From a virus (taxonomy: Duplodnaviria; Caudoviricetes), in the IMG/VR virus record IMGVR_UViG_3300047561_001655, positions 1 to 24,961 of that record: 24,961 bases of DNA. One strand, given 5' to 3'. Positions within the stretch are counted from its first letter, which is position 1, and each line of letters begins with the position of its first letter. Shown in pieces: positions 1-8,326 of the stretch. The translations under genes and the position numbers were made by a program. The notes beneath the pieces are model-generated. The model saw nothing but the letters and a program-made list of their open reading frames with translations. It was not told where the DNA came from and did no database searches.

Positions 1-2
1 GC

Positions 3-320
3 TTAGGATTTCTTACTCGATTGTTTTGTTTTTATTAAACGAAAAAAAGGTGTAAGCCGAGTGTAGGCACGACGCGGGCCGTAGGCGGTGAGCGCGTTTG
101 TATGTCGGACTTGTACGGGAGCAGAAAATTTTTTCATTTCCGCTTTTCCTGCTTTTACCATTGAAGATAAAACGCGACTCGCATGTGGAGGAGTAATTTT
201 TAAAAGATCTGCGATGCCTTTTGTCGTTAGCCAGCCCGCCGGCGCTGGGCGTTCCGCTCTCCCTGCAACATGATCCTGCAGGGCCAGCGCCCAATCCCGC
301 GTTAGATCGGGTAGCGCCAC
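3..320 (-). CDS. Winged-helix/HTH DNA-binding protein (~105 aa)
   Basis: WLTTKGIADLLKITPPHASRVLSSMVKAGKAE fits a wHTH pattern. I prefer the GTG at 320 (preceded by GGAGG, short overlap with the upstream gene end) over the ORF-track start at 404. Stop TAA at 3-5. Confidence 0.55.
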   Translation of the reverse strand: MALPDLTRDWALALQDHVAGRAERPAPAGWLTTKGIADLLKITPPHASRVLSSMVKAGKAEMKKFSAPVQVRHTNALTAYGPRRAYTRLTPFFRLIKTKQSSKKS

Positions 321-1060
321 TGACCCTCCACTGGCGACAGGACGTTCACCGTGCACCCCTGCCCGCCTTCTACGTACTCGCCCCAGGCGACGCCGTGTTG
401 CCACCTAGTCACGGATCTCATTCGTCTGGCGTAGTGCATCGATCCGATATCCGCCAAGCATCCAATCGTCCAACCCACCGGGGCGCCAAAGCTACGGCCG
501 GACGATCGATCGATCCTATGCAGATGGCCGATGACTACGGGTTTGCGGGTCATCTCTACGTGATCTCTTACTGCGCTGGATTCTGAAAACATAAACCCGT
601 GACCGAAAGCAGTGCCACCCAGATCACGCCACCCCTTCTCAATATCATACGGCACCCACTCCGCCTTCAGATCCTTGCACAGGTTGTAAATCTCCGATTT
701 TGCAGACATGCAGCAGTGAGCCACAATGGCGCTAGGTGAGGTTTGGAGCGCGGTTAGACGGTGTTCATGATTCCCCTCATAAAGATAGTTTGGGGCGAGC
801 TGGCGGACGAAATTTAGCCCAGCGTCGAAGTCTTCACGGATCGAGATCGATCGTTCAGGATTATCAGGATCCTTCCGCGCGCTACCCATGAGGCTCGATA
901 GATCTAGGAAGTCACCCAGATGCAGGACTTTGTCCCCACTGTTTGGTCGGATCCACCTGCGCTTCATCTCTAAAGCGGCGGCACAGGCGGCCGGATTAGC
1001 CAGGTGGCCGTGGGAGCAGGACACGGCCAGCCACCGCTTCCACTTTTTTATTACCTTCAC
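302..1060 (-). CDS. Calcineurin-like metallophosphoesterase
   Basis: Motifs SCSHG (DxH position, Asp replaced by Cys), LGDFLD, GNHE, GHG and GHLHR. GTG at 1060 overlaps the upstream TGA (GTGA), so it is preferred over 1114. Confidence 0.8.
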   Translation of the reverse strand: MKVIKKWKRWLAVSCSHGHLANPAACAAALEMKRRWIRPNSGDKVLHLGDFLDLSSLMGSARKDPDNPERSISIREDFDAGLNFVRQLAPNYLYEGNHEHRLTALQTSPSAIVAHCCMSAKSEIYNLCKDLKAEWVPYDIEKGWRDLGGTAFGHGFMFSESSAVRDHVEMTRKPVVIGHLHRIDRSSGRSFGAPVGWTIGCLADIGSMHYARRMRSVTRWQHGVAWGEYVEGGQGCTVNVLSPVEGQWRYPI

Positions 1061-1401
1061 TTTTTGTCCTGGGCGGACGGGAACCCCTGTAGGACTGCTA
1101 GGATCTGGCGACAATTTTCTCTGCTCTGGCAGGCGGCGACCGTACTATCGGCAGCGCCTTGCAAAGCGAGCTCGGCGATGACCGAAAGCTGGAGACGTAG
1201 GGTGTGCACGTATGTACAAAGATCGAGCACTTCGTCCCAGGTATCCTTCCACACAGGGCGACGCCACAGGGCGCCACCGTGCTCCTCCTGCCCTTTGCGA
1301 TACTTTTTGGACACATCTCTGGCTAGATCATTGATAATCCCCGCAAGGTGCTTTTCGTGCTCCTCACCCATAGGCTTATGAATGGCGGGCGACTCGGTCA
1401 T
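1057..1401 (-). CDS. Small helical phage protein, possibly all-alpha NTP pyrophosphohydrolase-like
   Basis: KKYRKGQEEHGG...DEVLDLCTY resembles the K-Y-G...E-x-x-D-x-x-x-Y pattern of phage MazG/dNTP-diphosphohydrolase-like proteins. ATGA coupling to the endolysin gene. Confidence 0.4.
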   Translation of the reverse strand: MTESPAIHKPMGEEHEKHLAGIINDLARDVSKKYRKGQEEHGGALWRRPVWKDTWDEVLDLCTYVHTLRLQLSVIAELALQGAADSTVAACQSRENCRQILAVLQGFPSAQDKK

Positions 1402-1901
1402 GGTTTCCTAGTTTTTAGGCGACGGGTAGCTGTAGGTTTTGCAAAGACGCTCATTCGTTCTTCCACTTTAACATGTAGAATGTCACGCCAGCTCGCGTAC
1501 TCGGTCGCTTGAAGATGACCCGTCTCCCAGCTTATGGCCGCTAGCTCAAAGGCTTCTCCGACGTGCTCGCCTAATCGGAAGGCGGTTTCATCGTCCCAAT
1601 CCGCGACGTACAGATCTGGATTCTTAGGGGAGATTTTTAGAGGCACCCAATCAAAGGCTAGGCCGTAGTTGTGGAACGACTCGCCTGCTCTGGCCTTGGT
1701 CACAATTTTACCAGGGGCGGATCTACCAATCGCAAAGAGGGCGGTCTGCTCCTCCATAGTACGGCGGCCGCAGTAGATCAGTGGCGGGATCTTAGAATTT
1801 ACCATCTCCATCGCCCATCCCCTTACCCGCTTTTGAAACGCGGGCGCGAGGGTATCGATCGCCGCTAGGGTGCGGACGTTACTCTCAGCTAGGGTGGTCA
1901 T
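1398..1901 (-). CDS. Endolysin, peptidase M15 family (L-Ala-D-Glu peptidase, CwlK/Ply500-like)
   Basis: GRRTMEEQTALFAIGR..G.IVTKARAGESFHNYGLAFD (SxHxxGxAxD zinc motif) and ETGHLQ; lies in the lysis cluster. Confidence 0.9.
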   Translation of the reverse strand: MTTLAESNVRTLAAIDTLAPAFQKRVRGWAMEMVNSKIPPLIYCGRRTMEEQTALFAIGRSAPGKIVTKARAGESFHNYGLAFDWVPLKISPKNPDLYVADWDDETAFRLGEHVGEAFELAAISWETGHLQATEYASWRDILHVKVEERMSVFAKPTATRRLKTRKP

Positions 1902-2152
1902 CGTCCTTCGCGGGCGTTAGACTTTGCTGTTTCTGCCAGAGAGTCAGAAAGCGCCTTAAGCGCCGCAACGTACTGATCCCTATATTCTTTATTACAATGA
2001 CCGACACGGCGTTCGATAGCGTCCCACCGCATGATGAGGTCGCTGATCGTGTCCGGCGTCGGTGGCGGGCCTTCTGTGCGCGGGAGAGTCGCACAGGAGG
2101 TAAGCGCACTAAGCGTTAGGAGGACGATTAGACCACCACGAATCAATATCAC
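1898..2152 (-). CDS. Outer-membrane spanin (o-spanin, Rz1-like lipoprotein)
   Basis: Hydrophobic signal with lipobox LTS-C followed by Pro-rich TEGPPPTP. Overlaps the 3' end of the i-spanin candidate in another frame. Confidence 0.7.
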   Translation of the reverse strand: MILIRGGLIVLLTLSALTSCATLPRTEGPPPTPDTISDLIMRWDAIERRVGHCNKEYRDQYVAALKALSDSLAETAKSNAREGR

Positions 2153-2276
2153 GGTTCCTCTTTAATCGATCGATCTCGATCTGTTCGTAATCCCTTTGCA
2201 AGGGAGTGCGTCTTTTCATTACCCACAAGACAATCCCCGCCACTGCCCCCAGCAAAGCTAGGACGCCAGTGATCAT
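2109..2276 (-). CDS. Inner-membrane spanin (i-spanin, Rz-like), 55 aa
   Basis: Hand translation: MITGVLALLGAVAGIVLWVMKRRTPLQRDYEQIEIDRLKRNRDIDSWWSNRPPNA*. N-terminal TM then a charged helix; overlaps the lipoprotein gene by 44 nt. Confidence 0.6.
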   Translation of the reverse strand: MITGVLALLGAVAGIVLWVMKRRTPLQRDYEQIEIDRLKRNRDIDSWWSNRPPNA

Positions 2277-2281
2277 ACTTT

Positions 2282-2455
2282 TTAGGGCTTCTTACTGAAC
2301 TGACTCAGGAAGTCCACGACCTTATGAAGGGTGGCCTCCGGCTCATCCCCAGGGATAAAGGCGGCCACTGCCGCTACGGCTGCGAGAAGTGCGGTAAGGG
2401 CGCCTAGTGCGCCGAGCCAGTCGATCTGTAGGAGGGTGGTGATTATGGGTTGCAT
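2282..2455 (-). CDS. Putative holin, 57 aa
   Basis: Hand translation: MQPIITTLLQIDWLGALGALTALLAAVAAVAAFIPGDEPEATLHKVVDFLSQFSKKP*. Hydrophobic segment plus basic C-terminus, upstream of spanins and endolysin, preceded by the TTGACA motif. Confidence 0.55.
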   Translation of the reverse strand: MQPIITTLLQIDWLGALGALTALLAAVAAVAAFIPGDEPEATLHKVVDFLSQFSKKP

Positions 2456-2474
2456 ACCCCTAGCGGGGTGTCAA
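2453..2474 (-). promoter_or_regulatory. TTGACA-N13-ATG element (holin/lysis)
   Basis: TTGACA CCCCGCTAGGGGT ATG; the spacer can form a CCCC/GGGG mini-hairpin. Confidence 0.55.
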
Positions 2475-2478
2475 AGGA

Positions 2479-2739
2479 TCAAAGCCCGATCCGGCGCTTG
2501 ATTAACTCCCAGACCATTGAACAGACGGCCCCGGCACAGACGCTGATAAGCCAGATCTTTGTCCGCAAGCTGTGGGCGTTGTTTTCCATTTCACGCAGGC
2601 GGCCGTGGTATTCCCCCAGGCTGGCTTGTGAGCGCTCGATTAAATCCAGAATGACGGTCTGCCTAGTTTCCACGCGGGCGACCGCTTCCCTCACGATAGA
2701 CAAGCGCTCGGAAAGTTCAGCGACTTGGTCGGTGCTCAT
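2479..2739 (-). CDS. Coiled-coil protein with C-terminal TM helix (XhlA-like/holin-associated lysis protein)
   Basis: Heptad-like N-terminus (LSERLSIVREAVARVETRQ), TM segment IWLISVCAGAVCSMVW, basic tail; lysis-cluster position. Confidence 0.55.
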   Translation of the reverse strand: MSTDQVAELSERLSIVREAVARVETRQTVILDLIERSQASLGEYHGRLREMENNAHSLRTKIWLISVCAGAVCSMVWELIKRRIGL

Positions 2740-2894
2740 AGAGTGTAGCCTTCGGCCCCTTCGGCTATGCGGACAGTCTCTTCCCCGTTCTTATCGTAAA
2801 AGAGCTCGATGTAGCCTTCCGCCTCTAGCCATTTTAGGCTCTGCCAAAACTCGCGCCAGCCGGGGCCGTTGTCCTCTGCTTCATTTGAGATCAT
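2736..2894 (-). CDS. Hypothetical protein, 52 aa
   Basis: Hand translation: MISNEAEDNGPGWREFWQSLKWLEAEGYIELFYDKNGEETVRIAEGAEGYTL*. TGA overlaps the next ATG (ATGA). Confidence 0.55.
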   Translation of the reverse strand: MISNEAEDNGPGWREFWQSLKWLEAEGYIELFYDKNGEETVRIAEGAEGYTL

Positions 2895-2919
2895 GGCCTT
2901 TAATAAGAAAACTCGTTAT

Positions 2920-3072
2920 TCAAGCCTTAGTCCGATGCCATCCCATAATTGCGAAAAGGTTGTCGGGGAATGTAAAGCCTTTGGGATTTTCTTTGCGTGT
3001 TGCTTTAGACATGACCAAGGAAACGTGTTTTCGTATATGTGTGCGCTTCTTTTGCGCTTTAGTAGTTTTCAT
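2920..3072 (-). CDS. Hypothetical basic protein, 50 aa
   Basis: Hand translation: MKTTKAQKKRTHIRKHVSLVMSKATRKENPKGFTFPDNLFAIMGWHRTKA*. ATGA-coupled to the upstream small ORF; AT-richer than its neighbours. Confidence 0.4.
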   Translation of the reverse strand: MKTTKAQKKRTHIRKHVSLVMSKATRKENPKGFTFPDNLFAIMGWHRTKA

Positions 3073-3194
3073 TTGCTGGGTGTCTTCCCCGCATCCTCGG
3101 CGGCTTGCATCATCTCGTAATTTGGCAGGGGGTTGTTGTCCGTGTGCTTAGGAGCGCAAGAGCAGAGGAAGAGAGCGAGGAGGAGGAGGGGCAT
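3069..3194 (-). CDS. Small putative lipoprotein, 41 aa
   Basis: Hand translation: MPLLLLALFLCSCAPKHTDNNPLPNYEMMQAAEDAGKTPSK*. Lipobox-like LCS-C; TAATG coupling to the upstream gene. Confidence 0.5.
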   Translation of the reverse strand: MPLLLLALFLCSCAPKHTDNNPLPNYEMMQAAEDAGKTPSK

Positions 3195-3772
3195 TAGGCT
3201 ATACGAGTGTAAATAATATGAACTCCACCAGACCCAATTAAGTCAGTTGCACCAGCCGGAAATGTTGCTGGTAAACTTCCAGACGCAACGCCACCAGCGC
3301 GAACTCCACCACCAGATTGAAAAAGTGTGTTTGTTGAAACGATTGGAGCGAATGGATTCACACAAACATTTTGCTGACGCATTGTTGGGGCTAAGGTAAC
3401 TACTGTATCGGATAAATAGGCTAACCAATAAAAACCAGCGGCAAGCGTTACGGCTACTGTTACCTCTCTATTTCCTGTAGTTGCGACAGAGACTGTTCCA
3501 CCGTCAATTAACAGAGTTGATGGATATGCCTCTGTGGTTGAAGCATTATAAATTCCCATCCTTCCAAGTGAACCTGCCCCACCAGCAACTGTGACTAAGC
3601 ACCCAATCCTATCAATAGAAATGCTTGGAAAATACAATGGAAACGCAACCAAAAACCCAGAATTTGCGGCTCCTGTTTGAGTGCTAACGATTGGAAGAGT
3701 AAAATAGTCACCCGCTTTATATTTAGACAATGCAAGTGAGGGTGTGATTGCTGGCTTTCGGAACAAAGGCAT
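3194..3772 (-). CDS. Tail-fibre-associated/receptor-binding beta-sandwich protein (putative)
   Basis: Gly/Ala/Thr/Val-rich beta-type sequence (RMGIYN...PSTLLIDGGTVS...LAAGFYWLA) directly after the fibre gene; AAGGAG SD upstream; lower GC than the core genes. Confidence 0.5.
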   Translation of the reverse strand: MPLFRKPAITPSLALSKYKAGDYFTLPIVSTQTGAANSGFLVAFPLYFPSISIDRIGCLVTVAGGAGSLGRMGIYNASTTEAYPSTLLIDGGTVSVATTGNREVTVAVTLAAGFYWLAYLSDTVVTLAPTMRQQNVCVNPFAPIVSTNTLFQSGGGVRAGGVASGSLPATFPAGATDLIGSGGVHIIYTRIA

Positions 3773-3782
3773 CGCCTACTCC

Positions 3783-4844
3783 TTAATGACTGACCCAGCT
3801 AGCCGTTCCAGCCGTTGCAAAAAGTGCCGATAAAGTCGTGGTTGTAAAGTCGCACTCAAAGTAATCACCGCTAGAAAGTGCCACCATAAACCCGCCGCCT
3901 AGGGTCGTACAAGAAGCCCCAGCATTCACAAACAACTGCCCCGATCCGAGATTGTAGACTGTTGCCATTTTGCGAGCTGTGTTGGCAGGGACGAGGGTGG
4001 CTGAGGTGAGTGACGCAAAACTGCCCGAGGTGATGGCGGTGGAGGAGATGGCGAGCGATGCGGTAACTGAACCAATCTGTGCCGTGCCAGCGACTAGGGC
4101 GGGGAGCGAGGCAAGCGAGACTGTTCCTGTGACTACAGTCCGGCCAGTTGTGTCTACACTAATCGCACGGAGGTTTGTGCCATCTGTGCCTCCGTATAGG
4201 TTTGCGTAGCTTGGCACGATTGAACCGGGTGTGGCGGCTGAGGATAGGGTTACATTCAGCCGAGCTGTTCCGCCGATGGTGGTAGTAGAAAGCAGAACTG
4301 GAAGAGAGCCAACGGTGATCGAATTTCCAACTGTGACGGAGGAGATGGAGATGGCTTGTGTGGCTGGGAAGTTTGTAACATTGGCCTGCACAAGCAGAGC
4401 GCCACTATCTCCAAGATCAAATAAATCAGCATACCCACCGCCAATAATCGAGTTGGGATTAGCAACACTTACAAAGATTGGCAAACTTCCGTCTCCTCCT
4501 TGGTTATTAGCCCACGACTTAATTCCATCATAAAAAGCGGTAGCAACATTAGCCCCAGCGTTTGCCGTCACCGTGCCAGAGACCCCCGCGACCTGATCAT
4601 CGTAGTAGATTACCAGGGCGGCGGTGGTGGTGAGGCCCGCAGTAGACGCCACCAGGGTAAGGCCAGTGTTAGCGCCAGCGGTAAAGGCGGATGCGGTAAC
4701 GGTGCTATCGGCAAAGTTATACATGATCCGCCCGCGATCGGCGGCCGTGACGAGCAGAAGCTGGTCGCGGTCTATGTTAAGACCCGTGAGGGTAAGTACG
4801 TTTGTCGTGGGACTGTAGCTATAATTTGGCCAGATCTGTTTCAT
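3783..4844 (-). CDS. Tail fibre/tail-tip structural protein
   Basis: 353 aa, very T/S/A/G/V-rich with fibre-type motifs (SGTVTANAG, VTNFPATQAIS, VTGTVSLASLP); position in the distal tail module. Confidence 0.65.
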   Translation of the reverse strand: MKQIWPNYSYSPTTNVLTLTGLNIDRDQLLLVTAADRGRIMYNFADSTVTASAFTAGANTGLTLVASTAGLTTTAALVIYYDDQVAGVSGTVTANAGANVATAFYDGIKSWANNQGGDGSLPIFVSVANPNSIIGGGYADLFDLGDSGALLVQANVTNFPATQAISISSVTVGNSITVGSLPVLLSTTTIGGTARLNVTLSSAATPGSIVPSYANLYGGTDGTNLRAISVDTTGRTVVTGTVSLASLPALVAGTAQIGSVTASLAISSTAITSGSFASLTSATLVPANTARKMATVYNLGSGQLFVNAGASCTTLGGGFMVALSSGDYFECDFTTTTLSALFATAGTASWVSH

Positions 4845-4867
4845 TTTATTCTTTCTATATTGCTATG

Positions 4868-5002
4868 TCAGCCCAGCGCTACTGCCAGCGCCACGGCCGT
4901 GCCGGTGGTTACGCCCCCTGCCCCGGCTGAGCCAGTGACGATAGGTGTACCCACTGCCACACTGATGGAGGCCGGACCGCAGACGGTGGCGGTAAGGGCC
5001 AT
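4868..5002 (-). CDS. Small hydrophobic virion protein, 44 aa
   Basis: Hand translation: MALTATVCGPASISVAVGTPIVTGSAGAGGVTTGTAVALAVALG*. Ends in an AVALAVALG motif like the C-terminal A-I-A-x-A-I-x-x-G seen on many phage fibre proteins; TAATG-coupled. Confidence 0.55.
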   Translation of the reverse strand: MALTATVCGPASISVAVGTPIVTGSAGAGGVTTGTAVALAVALG

Positions 5003-5337
5003 TATTCTGTCACCTCACCTGCAATCGATACGCTTCCTTGGAGCAGGCGGACTTTAGTGGCGGCGCTGGTGGTAAGAAGCAGATCCCAGTACCCACCAGA
5101 CAACGGCAAGGCGGAGGCGGTGACGGCGCTTAACGCCAGGGTAAGGACGCCAGCGGTGCCGGTGGCAGTAACAGAGGCGAACGTGGCTAGGAGGGACCCA
5201 TTGTAGGTATCGCGTATCTGGGCGGCCACGCTGGCGCCGGTGAGTGAGTAGGTGGCGGCGGTGCTGTCTTTTACGGCCACCTCGAGGGCTAGATCTACGC
5301 CTTGTTCAATGGTTAAATTATAGACGCCAGCGGCCAT
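5002..5337 (-). CDS. Baseplate/fibre adaptor (BppU N-terminal/LtfC-like Ig-fold protein)
   Basis: YNLTIEQG...YSLTGASVAAQIR...LTLALSA..T..L...GYWDLLLT.....RLLQGSVSI pattern. The ATG at 5337 has TTGACA 13 nt upstream. Confidence 0.6.
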   Translation of the reverse strand: MAAGVYNLTIEQGVDLALEVAVKDSTAATYSLTGASVAAQIRDTYNGSLLATFASVTATGTAGVLTLALSAVTASALPLSGGYWDLLLTTSAATKVRLLQGSVSIAGEVTE

Positions 5338-5356
5338 TCTGGGCATTGGGTGTCAA
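5335..5356 (-). promoter_or_regulatory. TTGACA-N13-ATG element (adaptor gene)
   Basis: TTGACA CCCAATGCCCAGA ATG. Confidence 0.55.
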
Positions 5357-5367
5357 AGGCTGCCATC

Positions 5368-5823
5368 CTAGAAGAAGCTGGTGGCCGTAATTGTAACAGT
5401 TGCTGAAACTCCTGATGGGAAAGTTCCAGATGTTATTATTATTTCATTTCCTATTGTAATTGTAACTAGCTGAGATCCACCAGAAAGACCGGAGTCGTAA
5501 TAAAAATTTATATCATCAAAGCAATTTACTTCCATCTGCACTCCAGAAGCAGAAACATTTCCAGAAAGAGTAAACACTTCATCGCTTCCAGTTCCAGACC
5601 CGCTAGAAAATGTTGAACAAACTAAATCTGACATTTTATCAACATTTACAATTATATTAAAAGAACCGCCTCCGCCGCCAGAGTAGTTGGAAAATGAAAA
5701 GTTCCACGACTTAACTTTCCAGTAAGCGGCCATAGCTTGTGCTAGTGTAAAATTTTGCCAATTTGAGGGATAAACACCACAAGAGTTTACTGGAAAGTAA
5801 GCTGGATGCAGAACTTTTTGCAT
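5368..5823 (-). CDS. Hypothetical tail-tip protein, low GC
   Basis: 151 aa, Ser/Gly-rich, visibly AT-richer than its flanks; tail-tip context. Confidence 0.5.
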   Translation of the reverse strand: MQKVLHPAYFPVNSCGVYPSNWQNFTLAQAMAAYWKVKSWNFSFSNYSGGGGGSFNIIVNVDKMSDLVCSTFSSGSGTGSDEVFTLSGNVSASGVQMEVNCFDDINFYYDSGLSGGSQLVTITIGNEIIITSGTFPSGVSATVTITATSFF

Positions 5824-5855
5824 GAACAGGATTTCGTTAGGGCAACGGCCCCGCT

Positions 5856-7424
5856 TTAATATCCGATGACGGTGATGCGGTAGGTGGCGGTGTTTACAGC
5901 GATGGAGGTGTTGTCTGCGTTAGTGCAGGAAAGGCAGACGGTGTTGGTCTTGTAGACTACGCCCTGGATGACGGCCCCAGCGGACACGGCCGTGGGTAGG
6001 CCAAGCAGTACGACGTTATTAATTTCCGCACCCGTCACGGTCACGTCTCGGTAGTGCTGGTCGTTGGCGTTTACCGTGCCAAAGCTAACCGACGTAAGGG
6101 TGGTAACGGTAAAGGGCGATGTGGGTAGTACCCCGTAGGTAACGGACGACGCAAGCAGGCCGAGGTTAATCATCCCGCTAACGACGTTAATCTGGGAGGG
6201 TTGGGCCACAGGGGTGGCGGTAAAGAATCCTAGGCCGATGCTGGTGGCTTGCAGTTTAACCGCCCCGTCCGATCCGTAGAGCCTTTGCGATCCGCCTGAA
6301 CTGTTAAAGCCAGTGGTGCTGTTACGCAGAAAAGCGGCGTAACTCTCCGCAGAAGAAAGGTAAGCGGCCTGCGGTGTGGGAATGGCAGACGCACTGGTGA
6401 TAAGATCGCGACGTAGTTTAACGGTGCTTTGCAGGGCGGTCTGCCTTGTCCCGCCGTCTACAATCTCAACCTCTAAAATGGGTTCGATGTAGTTTTCTGT
6501 GGTTTCGCTGAAAAGCTGGTCGATTTCTGCCGTGTTCATGGTCACAGCGCTCTCGTAATACTTCGCATACACCACGTTGGTCGCGTCCAAAGTAAGAGCG
6601 GTGGTTATGTTGGTATATCCGAGGGCGCCGACAAAGCTGATGTTATAAGACGAGTAATCGTCTGCGGCAGCCACGGCGATGTTACCCGTGGAGATTGCAG
6701 TGATCCCCTCTAAAGCTGCCGCAAAACTAACAGCGGTCTGCCCGACGAATATAGCGGTGGTAGCGGTGCCACCGTAATTTAAGATAAAGGTGCCAGAGTC
6801 CACGTCTGGGCCCACCACAAGCTGGTAGGTCTCGTTAGCTGTGGCCGATCCGTGATTGATTACACTAAGCGCAATCTGCCCAGCGGTAGAGCTGGCGGCG
6901 AAGGTGTCCGAATAGACGGCCGGTGAACGATGCAAGGCCACCGTTACCTGGGCACAGACGCCAGAGGCGTAGTTTAGACGCGTGCCGATAAGGACGTCGC
7001 ACGGTGGGAAAAGGGTAAAAGATGATCCGCTAAAGCTAAGCGCGGTGTTCGCGGTGGCGGCGGTGATAAGCCAGGCGGAGCCGTCTGTCCCAAACGTGGC
7101 TACGGTGACGTTACCCGCGATCCCTGATACGGCGGTAAGGATGGCGGCCGTGGTGGCGTTATAAGCAATAGCGCTAGAGGTGCCAGTAGGTGTAGTGAGC
7201 TTGAATGTGCCTGCGGTGGGCTCGAGATCTAAAAAGCCGACCCCGAGCTTAAAACTGGGCGCGGAAAACGTGGTGTCTCGGTAAAGGTTGGCCACCTTCT
7301 CCTGGGGCCGTACGCGGATGGTGTAGGTATCGTTACGGGTAAGTGTGGGGAGAGTGCCAAAGGGTGCCGATCCACCTGCGATTAGTGTGCCCGCCTTGCT
7401 ATCGATGAGGATGTCTAAGCTCAT
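5856..7424 (-). CDS. Tail/baseplate structural protein, 522 aa
   Basis: T/A/S/G-rich with an internal duplication (GTFKLTTPTGTSSAIAYNAT / GTFILNYGGTATTAIFVGQT); downstream of the tape measure and distal tail genes. Confidence 0.65.
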   Translation of the reverse strand: MSLDILIDSKAGTLIAGGSAPFGTLPTLTRNDTYTIRVRPQEKVANLYRDTTFSAPSFKLGVGFLDLEPTAGTFKLTTPTGTSSAIAYNATTAAILTAVSGIAGNVTVATFGTDGSAWLITAATANTALSFSGSSFTLFPPCDVLIGTRLNYASGVCAQVTVALHRSPAVYSDTFAASSTAGQIALSVINHGSATANETYQLVVGPDVDSGTFILNYGGTATTAIFVGQTAVSFAAALEGITAISTGNIAVAAADDYSSYNISFVGALGYTNITTALTLDATNVVYAKYYESAVTMNTAEIDQLFSETTENYIEPILEVEIVDGGTRQTALQSTVKLRRDLITSASAIPTPQAAYLSSAESYAAFLRNSTTGFNSSGGSQRLYGSDGAVKLQATSIGLGFFTATPVAQPSQINVVSGMINLGLLASSVTYGVLPTSPFTVTTLTSVSFGTVNANDQHYRDVTVTGAEINNVVLLGLPTAVSAGAVIQGVVYKTNTVCLSCTNADNTSIAVNTATYRITVIGY

Positions 7425-7447
7425 TGTTTATGGACGCTCATTGTCAA
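7422..7447 (-). promoter_or_regulatory. TTGACA-N17-ATG element (522 aa tail protein)
   Basis: TTGACA ATGAGCGTCCATAAACA ATG in a 26-nt intergenic gap. Confidence 0.55.
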
Positions 7448-7450
7448 AGG

Positions 7451-7687
7451 CTAAGAAGGCGCAACGTAGACTTTTATTGTGTCGGGCTCGCCGTTACTAC
7501 AAACGTTGAGGGTGACGGTACTGGAAAGGGCTACGGATATTTTAAAGCCGTTGTCTTCTTCGGTAATTGTTACGCCTGTGCCTGCGGTAGGCTTAGTGCA
7601 CTCAATGCGATTAATAAGGTTATTAAAAAAACCCAAGGCAAGGCGCGAGGCGCCCTCTAGTGGCTTAAGTTTAGAGACGCGTGGCAT
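7451..7687 (-). CDS. Small tail-tip protein
   Basis: 78 aa, TAATG-coupled to the upstream gene; FNNLINRIE..KPTAGTGVTITE pattern; tail module context. Confidence 0.55.
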   Translation of the reverse strand: MPRVSKLKPLEGASRLALGFFNNLINRIECTKPTAGTGVTITEEDNGFKISVALSSTVTLNVCSNGEPDTIKVYVAPS

Positions 7688-8322
7688 TACCCAGTACCAC
7701 CCGTGTTTATGCGACCAGTAACAAAAGCGCTTATCATAAGCTCTTTAAAAATAACCGTCAGGACAAGAAACGCCCCGCGCCGTACCGATTCAGTGCTGGA
7801 ATAGGTGTAGCCTCTATAATCATCGTAGCCGGTAGCATTTTCTCTGTAAAATGGTTTGAAATTTGCTGGCATAAGAGTGCCGTTAATAATCGTGGGCATG
7901 GTTTGATTGGTATTATCTGTGGCGATTAATTCAGATTCAGTTTGAGTTGAGAGATATTCAACCTGGATGACAGCGTTAGGCCCTTTAATTCCAGCGCCAG
8001 GCGTGGGAATAAATCTGATCAAGGCGCCGGGCAACCCGTTGGCTGATGTAAGGCCCACGTAGGTGACGGTAAGCTCTGAGATGTCGCCGTCTTGCGCGCG
8101 AAAGGAAAAGTTCTCGACTACCATTCGTTCGTATTTAGTAGAGCTGGTGCTGAAGTTTTTGTGAGTGGTAAGAAAGGCGGGCTGGATGCTGGCACGATCT
8201 GCCGTTCGGATAGTGTAGATCTCCGTGAGGGTTTCTAGTCCGTTGCGTTCGGTGGCGTAATCTACACGGCGCAGGGTTTTAGCGCCCGAGGACGGGGAAC
8301 CGATGATAGTGGCGGAAGGCAT
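7687..8322 (-). CDS. Distal tail/baseplate hub-like protein (putative)
   Basis: 211 aa beta-rich ORF immediately after the tape measure gene, the usual Dit position. Confidence 0.5.
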   Translation of the reverse strand: MPSATIIGSPSSGAKTLRRVDYATERNGLETLTEIYTIRTADRASIQPAFLTTHKNFSTSSTKYERMVVENFSFRAQDGDISELTVTYVGLTSANGLPGALIRFIPTPGAGIKGPNAVIQVEYLSTQTESELIATDNTNQTMPTIINGTLMPANFKPFYRENATGYDDYRGYTYSSTESVRRGAFLVLTVIFKELMISAFVTGRINTGGTG

Positions 8323-8326
8323 ATTA

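Noticed and set aside
4842-4871. CTGACA 21 nt before the fibre ATG (and GTGACA 19 nt before 10677) as further motif copies
   Set aside because: Mismatched hexamer and off spacing; cannot be separated from chance.
3194-7424. Diversity-generating retroelement target or invertible fibre cassette
   Set aside because: No reverse transcriptase, invertase or duplicated TR/VR-like repeat was seen in the window.
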